Shown piece after piece: positions 1 to 12,790 of a DNA stretch of 64,000 nucleotides. The stretch is from the NCBI RefSeq assembly GCF_035084215.1, contig NC_090340.1, positions 5,270,001-5,334,000 on the forward strand, given 5' to 3'. The notes under the pieces were generated by a model that was given only the letters and a program-made list of their open reading frames with translations, was not told the DNA's origin and ran no database searches. Positions within the stretch are counted from its first letter, which is position 1. Each line of letters starts with the position of its first letter. The position numbers and the translations under genes are program-made. The DNA comes from Heptranchias perlo (taxonomy: Eukaryota).

Positions 1-852
1 CTTGTTGGAGATGGTGATTGCCTGGCAATTGTCTGGCCTGAATGTTACTTGCCACTTATCAGCCAAGCCTGGATGTTGTCCAAGTCTTGCTGCATGTGGG
101 CATGGACTGCTTCATTATATGACGCATTGCGAATTGAACTGAATACTGTGCAATCATCAGCGATCATCCCTACATCTGACCTTATGATGGAAGGATGGTC
201 ATTGATGAAGCAGCTGAACATGGTTAGGCCTAGGACGCCGCCCTGAGGAACTCCTTCAGCGATTTCTGGGGGCTGAGATGATTGGCCTCCAACGACCACC
301 GCCATCTTCCTTTATGCTAGGCATGACTCCAGCCACTGGAGAGCTCCCCCCCCGCCCCACCCCAGCCACACCACACTGGCTTCCATTGCATTCAATTTTA
401 CTAGGGCTTCTTGATGCCACACTCGGTGAAATGCTGCCTTGAGGTCAAGGGCAGTCACTCTCACCTCACCTCTGGAATTCAGCTCTCCTGTCCATGTTTG
501 GTCCAAGGCTGTAATGAGATCTGGAGCCGAGTGGCCCTCTCAGAACCCAAACTGAGCGTCGGTGAACAGATTATTGGTGAGTAAGTGCCGCTTGATAATT
601 CTGTCGATGAAACTTTCTATCACTTCGTTGATGATTAAGAGTGGACTGATGCGGTGGTAATTCGCTGGATTGAATTTGTCCTGCTTCTTTGTGGATAGGA
701 CATATCTGGGCAATGTTCCACTTTGTTGGGTAGATGCCAGTTTTGTAGCTGTACTGGAACAGCTTGGCTAGCGGCGCGGTTAGTTCTGGAGCACAAATCT
801 TCAGCACTACAGCCGGGATGTTGTCAGGGGCCTTAGCCTTTACTGTATGCAT
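1..852 (-). mobile_element. Non-LTR retrotransposon (CR1/L2-group, 'LINE-B') RT fragment, frameshifted
   Basis: Minus ORFs give KAPDNIPAVVLKICAPEL, ALDLKAAFHRVWH and GVPQGGVLG..FINDHP..MIADDC. Homologous to the copy at 5012-7450. Confidence 0.9.
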
Positions 853-1597
853 TGCAAAAGAGCAAAGTGCAGACCGTTTAAACTGGGCAGTTGGACATCA
901 GTGTAACACTGCAGGAGCTATACAGCACAGAAACCGTAGGCAGGATGTGAATTTCAATAACAAATGACAAGGCGAAGCTTCCAGAAGATTTTCAAAGTCA
1001 ACAACAACTGCGAATGACAAAGAACTGATTGGGCAGCTGGCTTCATGTAGAGTTGGGGATATAGGGGGTCCATACGGTACATGATTGATCCGACAAGCCA
1101 CCCATCTTAATGCGATGGACAAATGGGGCCGTCTCGTAACTTGGTACGCACCTATTTTCTCAGAAGCCTATAAAAATAAGATACCATAGCAGTCAAAACG
1201 ACGGCCAACATCGAAGGAACTGGAAGAAGTTTAACGAGTTAACGACTGCAGCACGAGCTCCTCGAACAATGAGCACTTAAATACTTTTCTTCTAAACTTC
1301 GACAAAAGTACTTTGATTCTGAGCTTCAACCAAACCACTTTTTCCCTAACCTGAAAAGACGAACCTTGATGAGAAGAACCTCGGCACATCACTCACCATA
1401 TCTCTCAATAACGTACCTGTTACTGCATCAATTAACTACCTACCTTTGGACCTAAACGACTGCTTTGGTGCATAAGGTTGTATATTTCACTTGCTCGCTT
1501 TCCTTCATGCCTGCATATGTGCACTTTAAAATAATTAAATAAAACATGTTGAGAATCCGCACTTGTCTTACCGGGTAGAGTAATTAACGTCTTGAAA
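853..1597 (+). repeat. Possible LTR/5' leader of the downstream retrovirus-like element
   Basis: Non-coding segment between two LINEs, upstream of gag, with AATAAA near 1538 followed by a U5-like stretch and TGG at ~1601. No second copy found. Confidence 0.2.
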
Positions 1598-1600
1598 TAT

Positions 1601-3020
1601 TGGAGGCTCTGACCATCATTTTTGGATCCTCCCTAGCTACAGATGTGGTTCCGGGGGATTGGAGAACTGCTAACGTTGTACCATTGTTTAAAAAGTGAGA
1701 AAGAAATTGCCTGAGTAATTAGAGGCCAGCCAGTCTAATCTCGGTGGTGGGCAAATTATTGATATCAATTCTGAGGGACAGCATAAGTCTTCATTTCGAA
1801 AGGCACGGGATAATCAAGGACAGTCAGCATGGATTTGTAAATGGAAGGTCGTGTCTGAATAACTTGAATGATTCTTTTTTGAGCAGGTAAGAAGGAGGAT
1901 CGATGACGGTAACGCATTTGTTGTAGTGTACATGTATTTTAGCATGGCTTTTGACAAGGCCCCACATGGCAGTCTGGTCATAAAAAAAGTAAAAGCCCAA
2001 GGGAAAGTGGCTAGTTAGATCCAAAATTATCTCAGTGGCAGGAAGCAAACTGTAATGTTGACGAGTGTATTTTTGACTGGAAAACTGTTTCTCGTAAGAT
2101 AAACAAGGCTTAGTGCTAGGACCTTGCTTTTTGTGGTATACATTAATTATCTAGACTTTACTGAGGTGGGCTTGATCAAGGAGTTTGCAAATGATAGAAA
2201 AATTGGCCATGTAGTTGATAGTGAGGAGGAAAGATGCAGACTGCAGGAAGATATAAATGGAATGGTCAGATGGGTAATAAAGTGGCAAATGGAATTAAAT
2301 CCAGAGAAGTGTGAGGTTATGCATTTGGGGAGGGCAAAAAAGGCAAGGGGGTACGCAATAAATCGGAGGATACTGAGAGGTGTAGAGGAACAAAGGGACC
2401 TTGCAGTGCATGTCCACAGATCCCTGAGGTAGCAGGACAGATGGATAATGTGATTAAAAAGGCATACGCGGAAACTTTCCTTCATTAGCCGATGCATAGA
2501 ATATAAGAGCAGGGATGTCATGCTAGAACTGTATAAAACATTGGTTAATCCACATCTTGTGTACTGCGTACAGGTCTGGTCATCACATTACAGGAAGGAT
2601 GAGATTGCACCTGAGAGGATAACGAGGAGATTTACCAGGATGTTGCCAAGATGGAAAATTTTAGCGATGAAAAAAGGCTGGATTAGCTGGGATTGTTTTG
2701 TTTGGAACAAAGGAGGCTGAAGAGACATTTAATTGAGGTATATAAAGTAATCAATGGACTAGATAGAGTGGATATGGAGGACCTATTTCCCTTAGCAGAG
2801 GGGTCAGTGACAAAGGGGTACAGATTTAAAGTAATTAGTAGAAGGGTTAAAGGGGAGCTGAGGAGAATTTTTTTTCACCCAGAGGGTGGTAGTGGTCTGG
2901 AACTAACTGCCTGAAAGCGTGGCAGAGGCAGAAACCCTTAACTCATTTAAAATTACTTGGATGTGCACTTGAGGTGCCGTCACGTACAGGGCTAAGGACC
3001 AAGTGCTGGAAAGTGGGATG
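1601..3020 (+). mobile_element. CR1 LINE, 5'-truncated, degenerate ORF2
   Basis: EALTIIF..DWRTANVVPLF, FANDRKIG, WQMELNPEKCEVMHLG and LYKTLVNPHLVYCVQVWS motifs. Confidence 0.92.
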
Positions 3021-3125
3021 AACCTACGACTACAGATGAGCGTCAATAAATAACTTCGTAGAAGAACAGAAATATCTCATTCCCATTGTAGATGTAAGAT
3101 AGCTGAGTTAGAAAAAGACCTGCAA

Positions 3126-4076
3126 GTGAAAGAAGGAATTCCGTGTACCAAGAAGGCAGATGATAGTGATAGTGATTTAGACGACCAGGATTGGGGTGAA
3201 TTAAAGAAAGATCAGTCATGGGACAAGGACCCCTCCCCCAGGGTACCGGTGGCCCCTCAACCGTCACGTATGGAACAGGTCAAGTGCAAAGTAAATGCCC
3301 AATGCGTAAGGGGAACTGTGGCCAGCAGTTTTACTTTCCCTTATACCGCATAGCAGTAACAGGAAATGTTCAAACAGATTCCCAAATTTGATGAACGGGA
3401 AATGTCGTGAAACTTTTCGCAGATGTAGAACAAGTTGTTCAGGTTAGTGGGGTGGACGAAACTGAAAAGGTCCGCTTGTTGCTATACACCCTGGATCAAC
3501 GGTATATGGGGCTTTCACTCAGGATAGGAAACATAGGAGAGGAACCCTGGCAGAAGCTCAATTGTCCATATTCACTGCAAATGGATTTAACAAGGGTGCT
3601 CCCAGCGAAGTATTGACCAAGTGTAAGCAAGAATCCAATGAGCATCCCGAGGTCGATGCTAACCATTTAAGGCAACACTATGCTAGAGTCTATGGGCCAG
3701 GACCAGATCGAGCTGCCCCGGCAGACCGTCCCGCTGAGGATAGGCGGTTGTGGACTTTGATTAGTAACGCACAACCGTACCTGCAAGCGGCGTGGGCGGA
3801 TTTTCACCAGAAAATGAAGCCCAGACTAACCCTATAATTCTGATAAGGATGATACCGAGTTGGGAGAACAGAAATATGGCTGATAAACCAAAACAACCAG
3901 TATATGCCATGCAAGCTCCAGCGTGGAATAATGAGGTTCCTCAGAGAGAGGGAGCCAGAATAAATCCCTTGGCTGACAAGCAATGTTACAATAGTGGGAA
4001 AGTGGGACATTGTGTCAAATTTTGTAGAGCAACCAATCGGCGGAACTCTGCCTCACAAAGGAAGCAGAACCTGTGA
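3126..4076 (+). pseudogene. gag: gag-like region with degenerate CCHC knuckle
   Basis: Broken ORFs 3407-3616, 3562-3837 and 3792-4076; CX2(S)X4HX4C motif. Confidence 0.65.
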
Positions 4077-5011
4077 GAAGAAAAAACAACCACGCTGCAC
4101 CTCAGTTCGGCAGATATAGAAAACAGTGTTAACACTGTATTAAAAGGGGTGGTACTACCTACCGCCCGTCCTGCTGCAGTACAAGGGGTACCCATCGTTC
4201 CTCCTATGTGCGTAAACGAACAACAAGGAGTTCCAGCGGTTAATTTGGCGCCCCATGACGGGGGTTATCCTCTCCTAATTATTTGTGCCCGTTGCAGCAT
4301 GAATTACATGGACGACCATGTGTAACCGCTGAGGTTAGAGGACACTGCGGCACAGATTTGATTGACACGACAGCGTTCAGAACTGTCATATTTTACAACA
4401 ACCAAGGGAGTCTGCGTTTCCCTCAGGGACACTCTCTAAATTAAGTTGATTTGTGGGGAACTCCCAGGTGGTGATGAATCCCAGCCAATTCCGAACAAAA
4501 TAGGATTTAGTGAGGGCAAACCAGTGGGTGATCTATTGAAAGATGTCTCAAAGAAGGAACAGGAGGAGAAGGAGCAAATATTAGAGCATCTTACATGAAC
4601 TAGGGCAAACAATATTAGCTGTGCTAAGACGTTGATAGAGAGAAGTCAAAGATGAGAGGTATTGGCACGAAATGTACTGGAATTACAGAATAATCTGGGT
4701 GAGATGGAACTAAATAGGGTTGTCCTGAAGACTAGCTTTAGACAAACGATACAAACCCGACATAATTTAGAGCTGGGAGGCAGGCAACATGTGGTTCAAG
4801 TTTTAGATGACGAGCCTGTACCATTAAAACAGACCTCTGTTACGGATTCTGCCTCCACCCTCAGTAGGTACGACTCTCAGTTAAAGGAAGAGTTAAAGGA
4901 AAAAGAAAATAAGCAGAAACAGTTAGAAGTAGAAGCACAGGAGAAGGAAATCAAGCAATTTGGAAGTGAGATTGTTGAGCAACAAGTAGCAGAAGTTGTT
5001 GAGAAGCTTAT

Positions 5012-7450
5012 ATAAAAAACTAGTATCTGTACTGGTGGCCATGAAACTATCGGATTGTCGTAAAAACCCACCTGCCGAAGATGCATCTGTCAATGACAGT
5101 ACTGGGAGGAGTGACTACCGCACAGTCCTTGTGGAGACGAAGTCAAATCTTCACACTGGACTCCATCCAACGTGTTGTGTGGCACGACCATCGTGCGAAA
5201 TGGGATAGATTCAGAACAGATCTAGCAGCTCAAAACTGGGCATTCATCAGGAGTAGTGAGCCATCAGCAGCAGCAAAATTGTATTCCAGCACAATCTGTA
5301 ACCTCATGGCGCCAGCATCTTCCTCCCGCTACCATTACCAGCAAGCTAGGGGATCAAACCTGGTTCAATGAGGATTGTAGAAGAGCATGCCAGGAGTAGC
5401 AGCAGGCGTATCTAAAAATGAGATGCCAACCTGGTGAAGCTAGAACACATGATTACATACATGATAAACACCGGAAGCGACATGCTATAGACAGAGCTAA
5501 GCGATTCCACAACCAACGGAGCAGATCAAAGCTCTGGAGTCCTGTTACATCCAGTCGTAAATGGTGGTGGACAATTGAACAACTAACGGGAAGAGGAGTC
5601 TCTGTCAACATTCCCTTCCTCAATGATGGCAGAGTCCAGCACGTGAATGCAAAAGACAAGGCTGAAGCGTTTGCAACCATCTTACATAAGAACATAAGAA
5701 CTAGGAGCAGGAGTAGGCCAATCGGCCCCTCGAGCCTGCTCCGCCATTCAATAAGATAATGACTGATCTGATCTTCAGCCAGAAGTGCCGAATGGATGAT
5801 CCTTCTCGGCCTCCTCCCGATATCCCCATCATCACAGAAACCAGTCTTCAGTCAATTCGATTCACTCCACGTGATATCAAGAAACGGCTGAGTGCACTGG
5901 ATACAGCAAAGACTAGGCCCCCGATAACATCCCGACTGTAGTGCTGAAGAATTGTGTTCCAGAACGAGCCGCTCCTCCAGCCAAACTGTTCCAGCACAGC
6001 TACAATACGGGCATCTAACCAACAATGTGGAAAATTGGCCAGGTATGTCCTGACCACAAAAAGCAGGACAAATAAAATCTGGCCAATTACCGCCCCATCA
6101 GTCGATTCTCAATCATCAGCAAAGTGATAGAAGGTGTTGTCGGCAATGCTATCAAGTGGCACTTACTCACCAATAACCTGCTGATCGATGCTCAGTTTGG
6201 GTTCCGCTAGGGCCACTCACTCCAGACCTCATTACAGCCTTGGTCCAAACATGGACAAAAGAGCAGAATTCGAGAGGTGAGGTGAGAGTGAGTGCCCTTA
6301 ACATCAAGACAGCATTTGACCGAGTGTGGCACCAAGGAGTCCTAGTAAAATTGAAGTCAATGGGAATCAGGGGGAAAACTCTCCAGTGGCTGGAGTCATA
6401 CCTAGCACAAAGGAGGATGGTAGTGGTTGTTGGAGGTAAATCATTTCAGCCCCAGGACATTGCTGCAGGAGTTCCTCAGGGCAATGTCATGGCCCCACAT
6501 TTTCAGCTGCTTCATCAATGACCTTCCCTCCATCATTAGGTCAGAAATGGGGATGTTCGCTGATGATTGCACAGTGTTGATTTCCATTTGCAATCGCTCA
6601 GATAAAGAAGCAGTCCATGCTCGCATGCAGCAAGACCTGGACAACATCCAGTCTGGGGCCGATGAGTCAAAATGAACATTCACGCCAGACAAGTGCCAGG
6701 CAATGATCATCTCCAACAAGAGGTAGTCTAAGCACCTCTCCTTGATATTCAACAGCATTACCATCGCCGAATCCCCCACAGTCAACATGCTGGGGGTCAT
6801 CATTGACCAGAAACTTAACTGGACCAGCCACATAAATACTGTGCCTACAAGAGCAGGTCAGAGGCTGAGTATTCTGCGGCGGGTGACTCACGTCCTGACT
6901 CCCCAAATCTTTCCACCATCTAGAAGGCACAAGTCAGGAGTGTGATGGAATACTCTCCACTTGCCTGGACGAATGCAGCTCCAACAGCACTCAAGAAGCT
7001 CGACAACATCCAGGACAAAGCAGCCCGCTTGATTGGCATACCAACCACCAGCCTAAATATTCACTTCCTTCACCACCGGCGCAACGTGGCTGCATCTACA
7101 GGATGCAATGCAGCAACTCCCCAAGGCTTCTTCGAAAGCACCTCCAAACCCGCGACCTCTACCACCTAGAACGACAAGGGCGACAGGCACACGGGAGCAG
7201 CACCACCTGCACGTTCCCCTCCGAGTCACACACCATCCCAACTTGGAAATATATCGCCGTTCCTTCATCGTCGCTTGGTCAAAATCCTGGAACTCCCCAC
7301 CTAACAGCACTGTGGGAGAACTTTCACCACACGGACTGAGGCGTTTCAAAAAGGCGGCTCACCACCACCTTCTCAAGGGCAATTAGGGATGGGCAATAAA
7401 TGCTGGCCTTGACAGCGATGCCCACATCCCATGAAGGAATAATAAAAAAT
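5012..7450 (+). mobile_element. LINE-B copy (end of APE domain, RT, 3' tail) inserted in the retrovirus-like element; 5' end is SINE-body-like
   Basis: DASVNDSTGRSDYRTV, ALNIKTAFDRVWH, GVPQG and MFADDC motifs. Tail ...CAAGGGCAATTAGGGATGGGCAATAAATGCTGGCC... followed by an A-rich end at ~7440-7450. Confidence 0.92.
5684..5770 (-). mobile_element. Short CR1 3'-tail insertion nested in LINE-B
   Basis: Reverse complement of the CR1 tail seen at 44575-44660 and 52344-52430. Flanked by ATCTT at 5679-5683 and 5771-5775. Confidence 0.85.
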
Positions 7451-8164
7451 ATAAGTTTCTGTAGAAATGGAACATCGCAAAGCTGAGAGTAAAAAGGGAA
7501 ATTGCGAGAAATGTAAAGATGGTCTGGAAGTTGCAAGAGTGAGACATGCAGTCGAAGAGGTTTTAGAAAGTGAACCGAAAAAGGGACTTCCAACAATGGA
7601 GGGGAAGGAGAAAACTTTTAAACAGGAGAGCCAATACAAACCTGGTAAATGGTCTTTCCCACATGAGAAGTTAAATTGGTTTAAAGTTGAATTAAGGAAA
7701 CGTTGGATATTGAAAATGGAGTTCATTGATAAATGTTTTAAAACAGGAGAAAATGGAAAAGGGAAGATTCCGTCTATTCTTCTGTTACAAGCTGGAGAAT
7801 TTTTCTTTGGCTTGAGTTTTTATTGCTTTACTTGATTGAATCACTTCGACCACTTACAAAACATTTTTCTTAATGTGGTTACATCCTGAAAATACAAATA
7901 GGACGTGGAGCTGGAAATTCCAAATTCAGCTCTCCTGGGTACATCTGTATGTGGAATAGACAGGATTAATTTCAGACGGGCTGCTAGCAAAAAAGAGAAA
8001 GACCCTGGAAGTTAAGACAGAAATGTTAGCCAGTCTCTCCCATCTTTTTTCTCGACATATTTTGTTGGGCTTCTTTGAAATTTAGTGCTATTGTTGCAGT
8101 GTTTCAGTCAAGCTTTTAAATTTTTATACGTTTCTTAATATAAGATCGTTCCCCACAGTGATAG

Positions 8165-10260
8165 ATGGATGCTATATCAGCAGTCCTAACTCAAACGATT
8201 GCCGAGAAACAAAGACCAGTCGCTTATGCGTCCGGAATCCTTGGTCCGGTCGAAGTAAGTTATTTTGCATGTGAAAAAAAACTTGCTTGTGACGTTTTGG
8301 GGTATTACGCATTTTTATTATATTGCGGGATTAGAGTCAATACATTTAATAACCAATCACATTCCAACAGAGTGCTTGTTGGACGGGAGATTAAAGGACC
8401 GGTCAGTGTCTCCCGTCCGCCTAGCCCGGTGGATCCTGTTATTGAAGGTCAGAGGTATTAAAGTCCACCACAGTCCAGAACCGACTCACTTCCCAGGAAG
8501 TCTGATGTATTAAGGAGAAAAATGCATCAGTGTTACATGGCCAACCAAAATCATCACTAAGGTCCAATAAAATCGAGTGTTGCCAGACACGAATGATTTA
8601 TATGTAGACGTAACCAGTCTAGTAGAGAAGGGGGAAAGGAAGACAGGATGTGGTACATATGACCCGGACAAACAAGTAGAATTAGCTATTCGACTGCCTG
8701 CACATATGTCTGCACAGGTAGCCGAATTGACAGCTGTAGCATATGTGGTCACACATCCAGTTGCGTTCCCAACTCACTTCACCATACACTCAGGCACCAT
8801 GTTTTGTGTCTAATTCTCTGACGACACACCTTCCTTGCGATCTGGGGAACGAGAGGCTTTACATCAGCCAATGGGAAGGCATTACCCTTTGCCCCCATTT
8901 TGAAAGTGATTTTTAACAGAGCACAAGAGGTACCTCGTGGAATACCAGTGTACAAAGTTAAAGCACATACTAAGAATGAGCCTCTATGGGGAGGAAATCA
9001 GAAAGCAAACGAATTAGCTATCAAAGGAGGAGAGGAGGGAATGGAGTGGGATCCAGTAGAAATGTATCCCCTAATGGAAACCAATCTGCCTGAGAAATTG
9101 GCCGACACAATCGATTTGAAACAATTACAAAAAGAAGATCCTGAAATGAAGGCATTCATGGTGATGCTGGAGAGAAAGAAAGCCCAAGGGGAGAATATGC
9201 TCATCAGCCCAAATTAAAGGTGAAAGATGGGATCCTGCTGAACGATCAAAAGTGTGTGGTACCACGGAATGCGTACAAGGCTTTTCTTTACCAAGCCCAT
9301 GACACACCCACTTCAGGTCATCCCAGTCCACAAGGAACATTAGAATGGCTCCAACAAGCGGCACGGTGGTCAGTAATGAAAAGCCAGATGGAGCATTAAT
9401 GTCAAAACTCTTTAACTTGTGTACCACACAACCCAGATGGTACTGTTGCACCACACTCGGCCGACAGCCAGCCTTTGGACCGATCTACAGATAGATTATA
9501 TTGGGACATTTGTCCCTTCCTCAAGAGGTAATCGGTATCTATTTGTGGTAGTAGACACATTCTCAGACTGGGTAGAAGCATTTCCAACACCCAAATCAAC
9601 AGCATAGGCCACTGCTAAAATACTGGTGAACCACGTATTCACGAGATGGGGACTCCCAAAGTCCATCGACTCGGACCAAGGTAGTTATTTTACGGGGAGG
9701 GTCATACAAACTGCTATACAGCTGTTATGAATCAACAAACGATTCCATATTTCACATAATCCTACCTCATCAGGCAGAGTAGAGAGTGTACCAAGCATCG
9801 AAAAACAATGCTGAAGAAGTTGATTGAGCTATCCCACAAAACAAGGGACCAATTGCTGCACTTGGCATCAATGGCTATACGATCCACTGAGCCACGTACC
9901 ACCAAGGTCTCAACCCATGTGTTAATGACAGTGAGAGTGATAAGGACCCCTGAACATTTGATGAGCCGCAGTGTCAGGCCTTGATTCAGGAGTGGTACAC
10001 TAACTAGTGACGTGATCAGCTGCAACAGATAATGGTCTTTGCAGCCGTTAATAGTGGACAATATAAAATAGGCCAATAAAATATATTTTGACACCAAAGT
10101 CAAAGGAGTAGAATGGACAGACAGTGATGTTAAAAACATATCAATCAATAGGGCGGTTTGCGGCTTGCTTTTATGGACCATATCCCATTGTGGATAAAGC
10201 CAGTCCATCTGTGTACAAAGTAGCCCCGAAAAAGGAAAAACGAAAATGAATCCAAGTCAA
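8165..10260 (+). pseudogene. pol: pol 3' half: tether/RNase H, second RNase H, integrase
   Basis: ORF-track fragments 8165-8461, 8265-8513, 8577-8813, 8900-9217 and 9419-9607 carry the diagnostic motifs in retroviral order. Confidence 0.85.
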
Positions 10261-11691
10261 CAAACTAAAAGAGTACAAGGGAGGCGTACATAGTGCAATG
10301 AGCCCGATGGAGGAAGAGATTACTCATGTCCCCCCTCTGCCACGGGATAAGGAGGATCATAACATATTGCACCCAACTGTGGTGGAACAGAGAGCTCCCA
10401 GACCTAGGTGACTGAGACAAAGGCCAGTCTGTCCACTTGATAGATACACTTCTCCATGGGAGTACAGACAAAGACGGTTATGATATGTAAATGGCAGAAG
10501 TCATTTACACGAAACCGAATAAAGTCGATCATAAAAAGTAATAAGATATTAACAATGAGCAGACATTACCCATACGTTTAATTTCATCCGAGGTCCTGAC
10601 TTGAGACCAAGATTGAGAAAGGCAAATGAAACATCATCAAGAATGAAATTACTTTATATAAATGCTAATATTATGTGTAAACTGATGTCAAGAAAGAAAT
10701 GAAGAATGCAGCATAAGGGTATATCAAGGTAGCGACCCAACAGGGCAAAACTGGAATGTAAAGTTGGGATGGGTAAGAGAGTACGAAGTTAGACTACATT
10801 GCAAATGCATGCAATCATTGAAATAAGTGCAAATTTGCTTATCTGCCCAGCTGGAAAGTAACTAATTACACCCCCAAAGAGGTACGCTTCTAACTATAGG
10901 TCTAAACTAAGTTTTAACAGCGCAGTAAGCCTTATAGATTGAAAAACAACTAAAAATTAACTTTTAAAACTGTACCATCTCATTGCACTTTATTTTAATA
11001 GCTTTTGGTCATTAAAAAAAATTAAAAATTAGTGATTTTTACTTTTCCCTTCTGTCTATTTTATTTAATTCAATTATTTCTTACCCTCTCTTTTTTCGAT
11101 GTCTATATCTATTTTTAGGCTGATTAAATGGTTGTACTTTTGACATCCTAATTTAACGCTGCAAGCCTGCAGAGACTTTGAATGCAGCTATCAAAAATGC
11201 TGTTATCTGATTGGTCAAGGGGAGAGATCGATCCTCTCGCTTCTCCCAGGGTCCAAGCTTCACCAAAATTGACACTGGGCTCTCCTCCACGAAATATTTG
11301 AGGAAAAGTCCGAAGGAAAAACCACGGACAGTTTGTGGGTTAATATGAACCAATGGAGCGCTAAGAGTGTTGGTTTGCCGCTCCGAGCGATTTATACCCC
11401 AATATGGCTACAACTGTGCAGCGGGTATTTCTGTACACATTACCGACAATATATTGTTTGAAGCGATGTAGATCACATAGTGCCAGAACGAAACCTGGTC
11501 TCCTGTTAATTTAAGTGATCTCAGCAATGGCAAAAGTAAGGGCCTCAATTTCCTGTGGGTCACCACATAAAGATATTAAAGAGCAAAGATGCCACTTCTT
11601 GTTGGTATCCAGTGACTCCCAGTGGACATTGCTGGTGTGTACAGGGTTAGCCCATTTCTGGTGCAATCAGGGAGGAATAACAGGAACGAAT

Positions 11692-12110
11692 TAGCATTTA
11701 TATAGCGTATTTGGCGTCTTCGACCGTTCCAAAACACTTCGTAACCAAATAATTATATTTGGAGGTTTACTCGTTATTGTGAAGGAAAATGCGGAAATCA
11801 ATTCGCGCGGTTGCAGGAGGTCCCAAACAGCAATGCGTTTAGGCGTCTGTTGATCTGTATTGGTGGCATTGGCAGTGTGATAAATGTCTGTTCTTCCAAT
11901 AGTGTCATGAGATCTTTTACATCCTAACTAAGTGGAGAGTTGGTCTATGTGAAGTCTTATGCGAACAATGGTACCTCCAACAAGTGCAACGGCAGAGAAT
12001 AAAGCACTCCTTCCGAACAAGACAGAAATGTTAGGCGAGGTTATGCCTTCAATACCTGGAGGTAGAGGGGATTTCAAATCATACCCCTCTGACTCAGACC
12101 GGAGAGCGAG
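11692..12110 (-). mobile_element. Degenerate Deu-domain SINE
   Basis: Aligns by eye to the better copy at 35878-36313 (GATGTAAAAGATCTCATGACACTATT, CATTGCTGTTTGGGA, GCTATATAAATGC). Confidence 0.65.
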
Positions 12111-12790
12111 AGGTAAAGCGGTTCACGGAGCGAATTCCAAAGCTTGGGGAGCAGGCAGCTGAAAGCATGACTGCTAATGGAGGAGCGATGAAAATTGGGA
12201 ATGCGCATGATGGCAGAATTGGAGAATCGCAGTTATCTCCGAGGGCTGTTGGGTGGAAGAGGTTACAGGGATAGGGAGGAGCGAGGACATGGCAGCATTT
12301 GAAAACATGGATGAATTTTTTTTTAAAAGCAGGCATTGCCGTACAGGGAATCAATTTCGGTCAGCAAGCACAGGGATGACTGTTGAACGGACTTGAGTGA
12401 GTTAGGATAGGGTCAGCAGAGTTTTGGATAAACTCAAATTACGGAGAGAGCAAGGTGGGTGGCCAACGATGAGAGCATTGGAATCGTCAAATATAGATGT
12501 AACAAAAACTTTGATGAGGGCTTCAGCAACAGATGAGCGGAGGCAGGGGCAGAGACAAGCAATGTTATGGAGGTGGGAGTAGGTGGTCTTAGTGATGGAG
12601 TGGATATGGCATGGGAAGCTCAGCTCACGGTCAAATAGGACGCCAAGAATGGAACGGTCTGCTTCAGCCTCAGACAATTTCCAGGGAGAGGGGTGGAGTC
12701 GATGGCTGAGGAACTGAGCTTACAGCGGTGTTCGAAGGCAATGGCTTCGGTCTTCCCAATATGTTTGATTTCTCATTTGTGAAGGGCGTC
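12111..12790 (-). mobile_element. L2-clade LINE 3' ORF2 fragment
   Basis: LGVLFDRELSFPCHIHSITKTTYSHLHNIACLCP..AEALIKVFVTS..DDSNAL is a typical L2 post-RT region. Confidence 0.85.

Larger units (their letters stand above)
3021..10260 (+). mobile_element. Degraded endogenous retrovirus-like LTR element: gag-PR-(no RT seen)-RNase H tether-RNase H-integrase, interrupted by a LINE
   Basis: Gag-like CKQESNEHP and zinc knuckle CYNSGKVGHCVKFC (~3985-4026); protease-like LIDTTA (~4358); tether AISAVLTQ..RPVAYAS..VEVSYFACEK (8165-8290); RNase H LYVD..SAQVAELTAV..KVKAH..GNQKANELA (8600-9020); integrase [45 protein letters not shown] and GPY/F module YGPYPIV (~9295-10220). Confidence 0.85.

Noticed and set aside
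1598-1620. Primer-binding site TGGAGGC
   Set aside because: The sequence is explained by the CR1 coding stretch EALTIIF, so it cannot be assigned as a PBS.
10260-11400. env gene or 3' LTR of the retrovirus-like element
   Set aside because: No open frame, furin/TM motif or match to 853-1597 could be recognised by eye.
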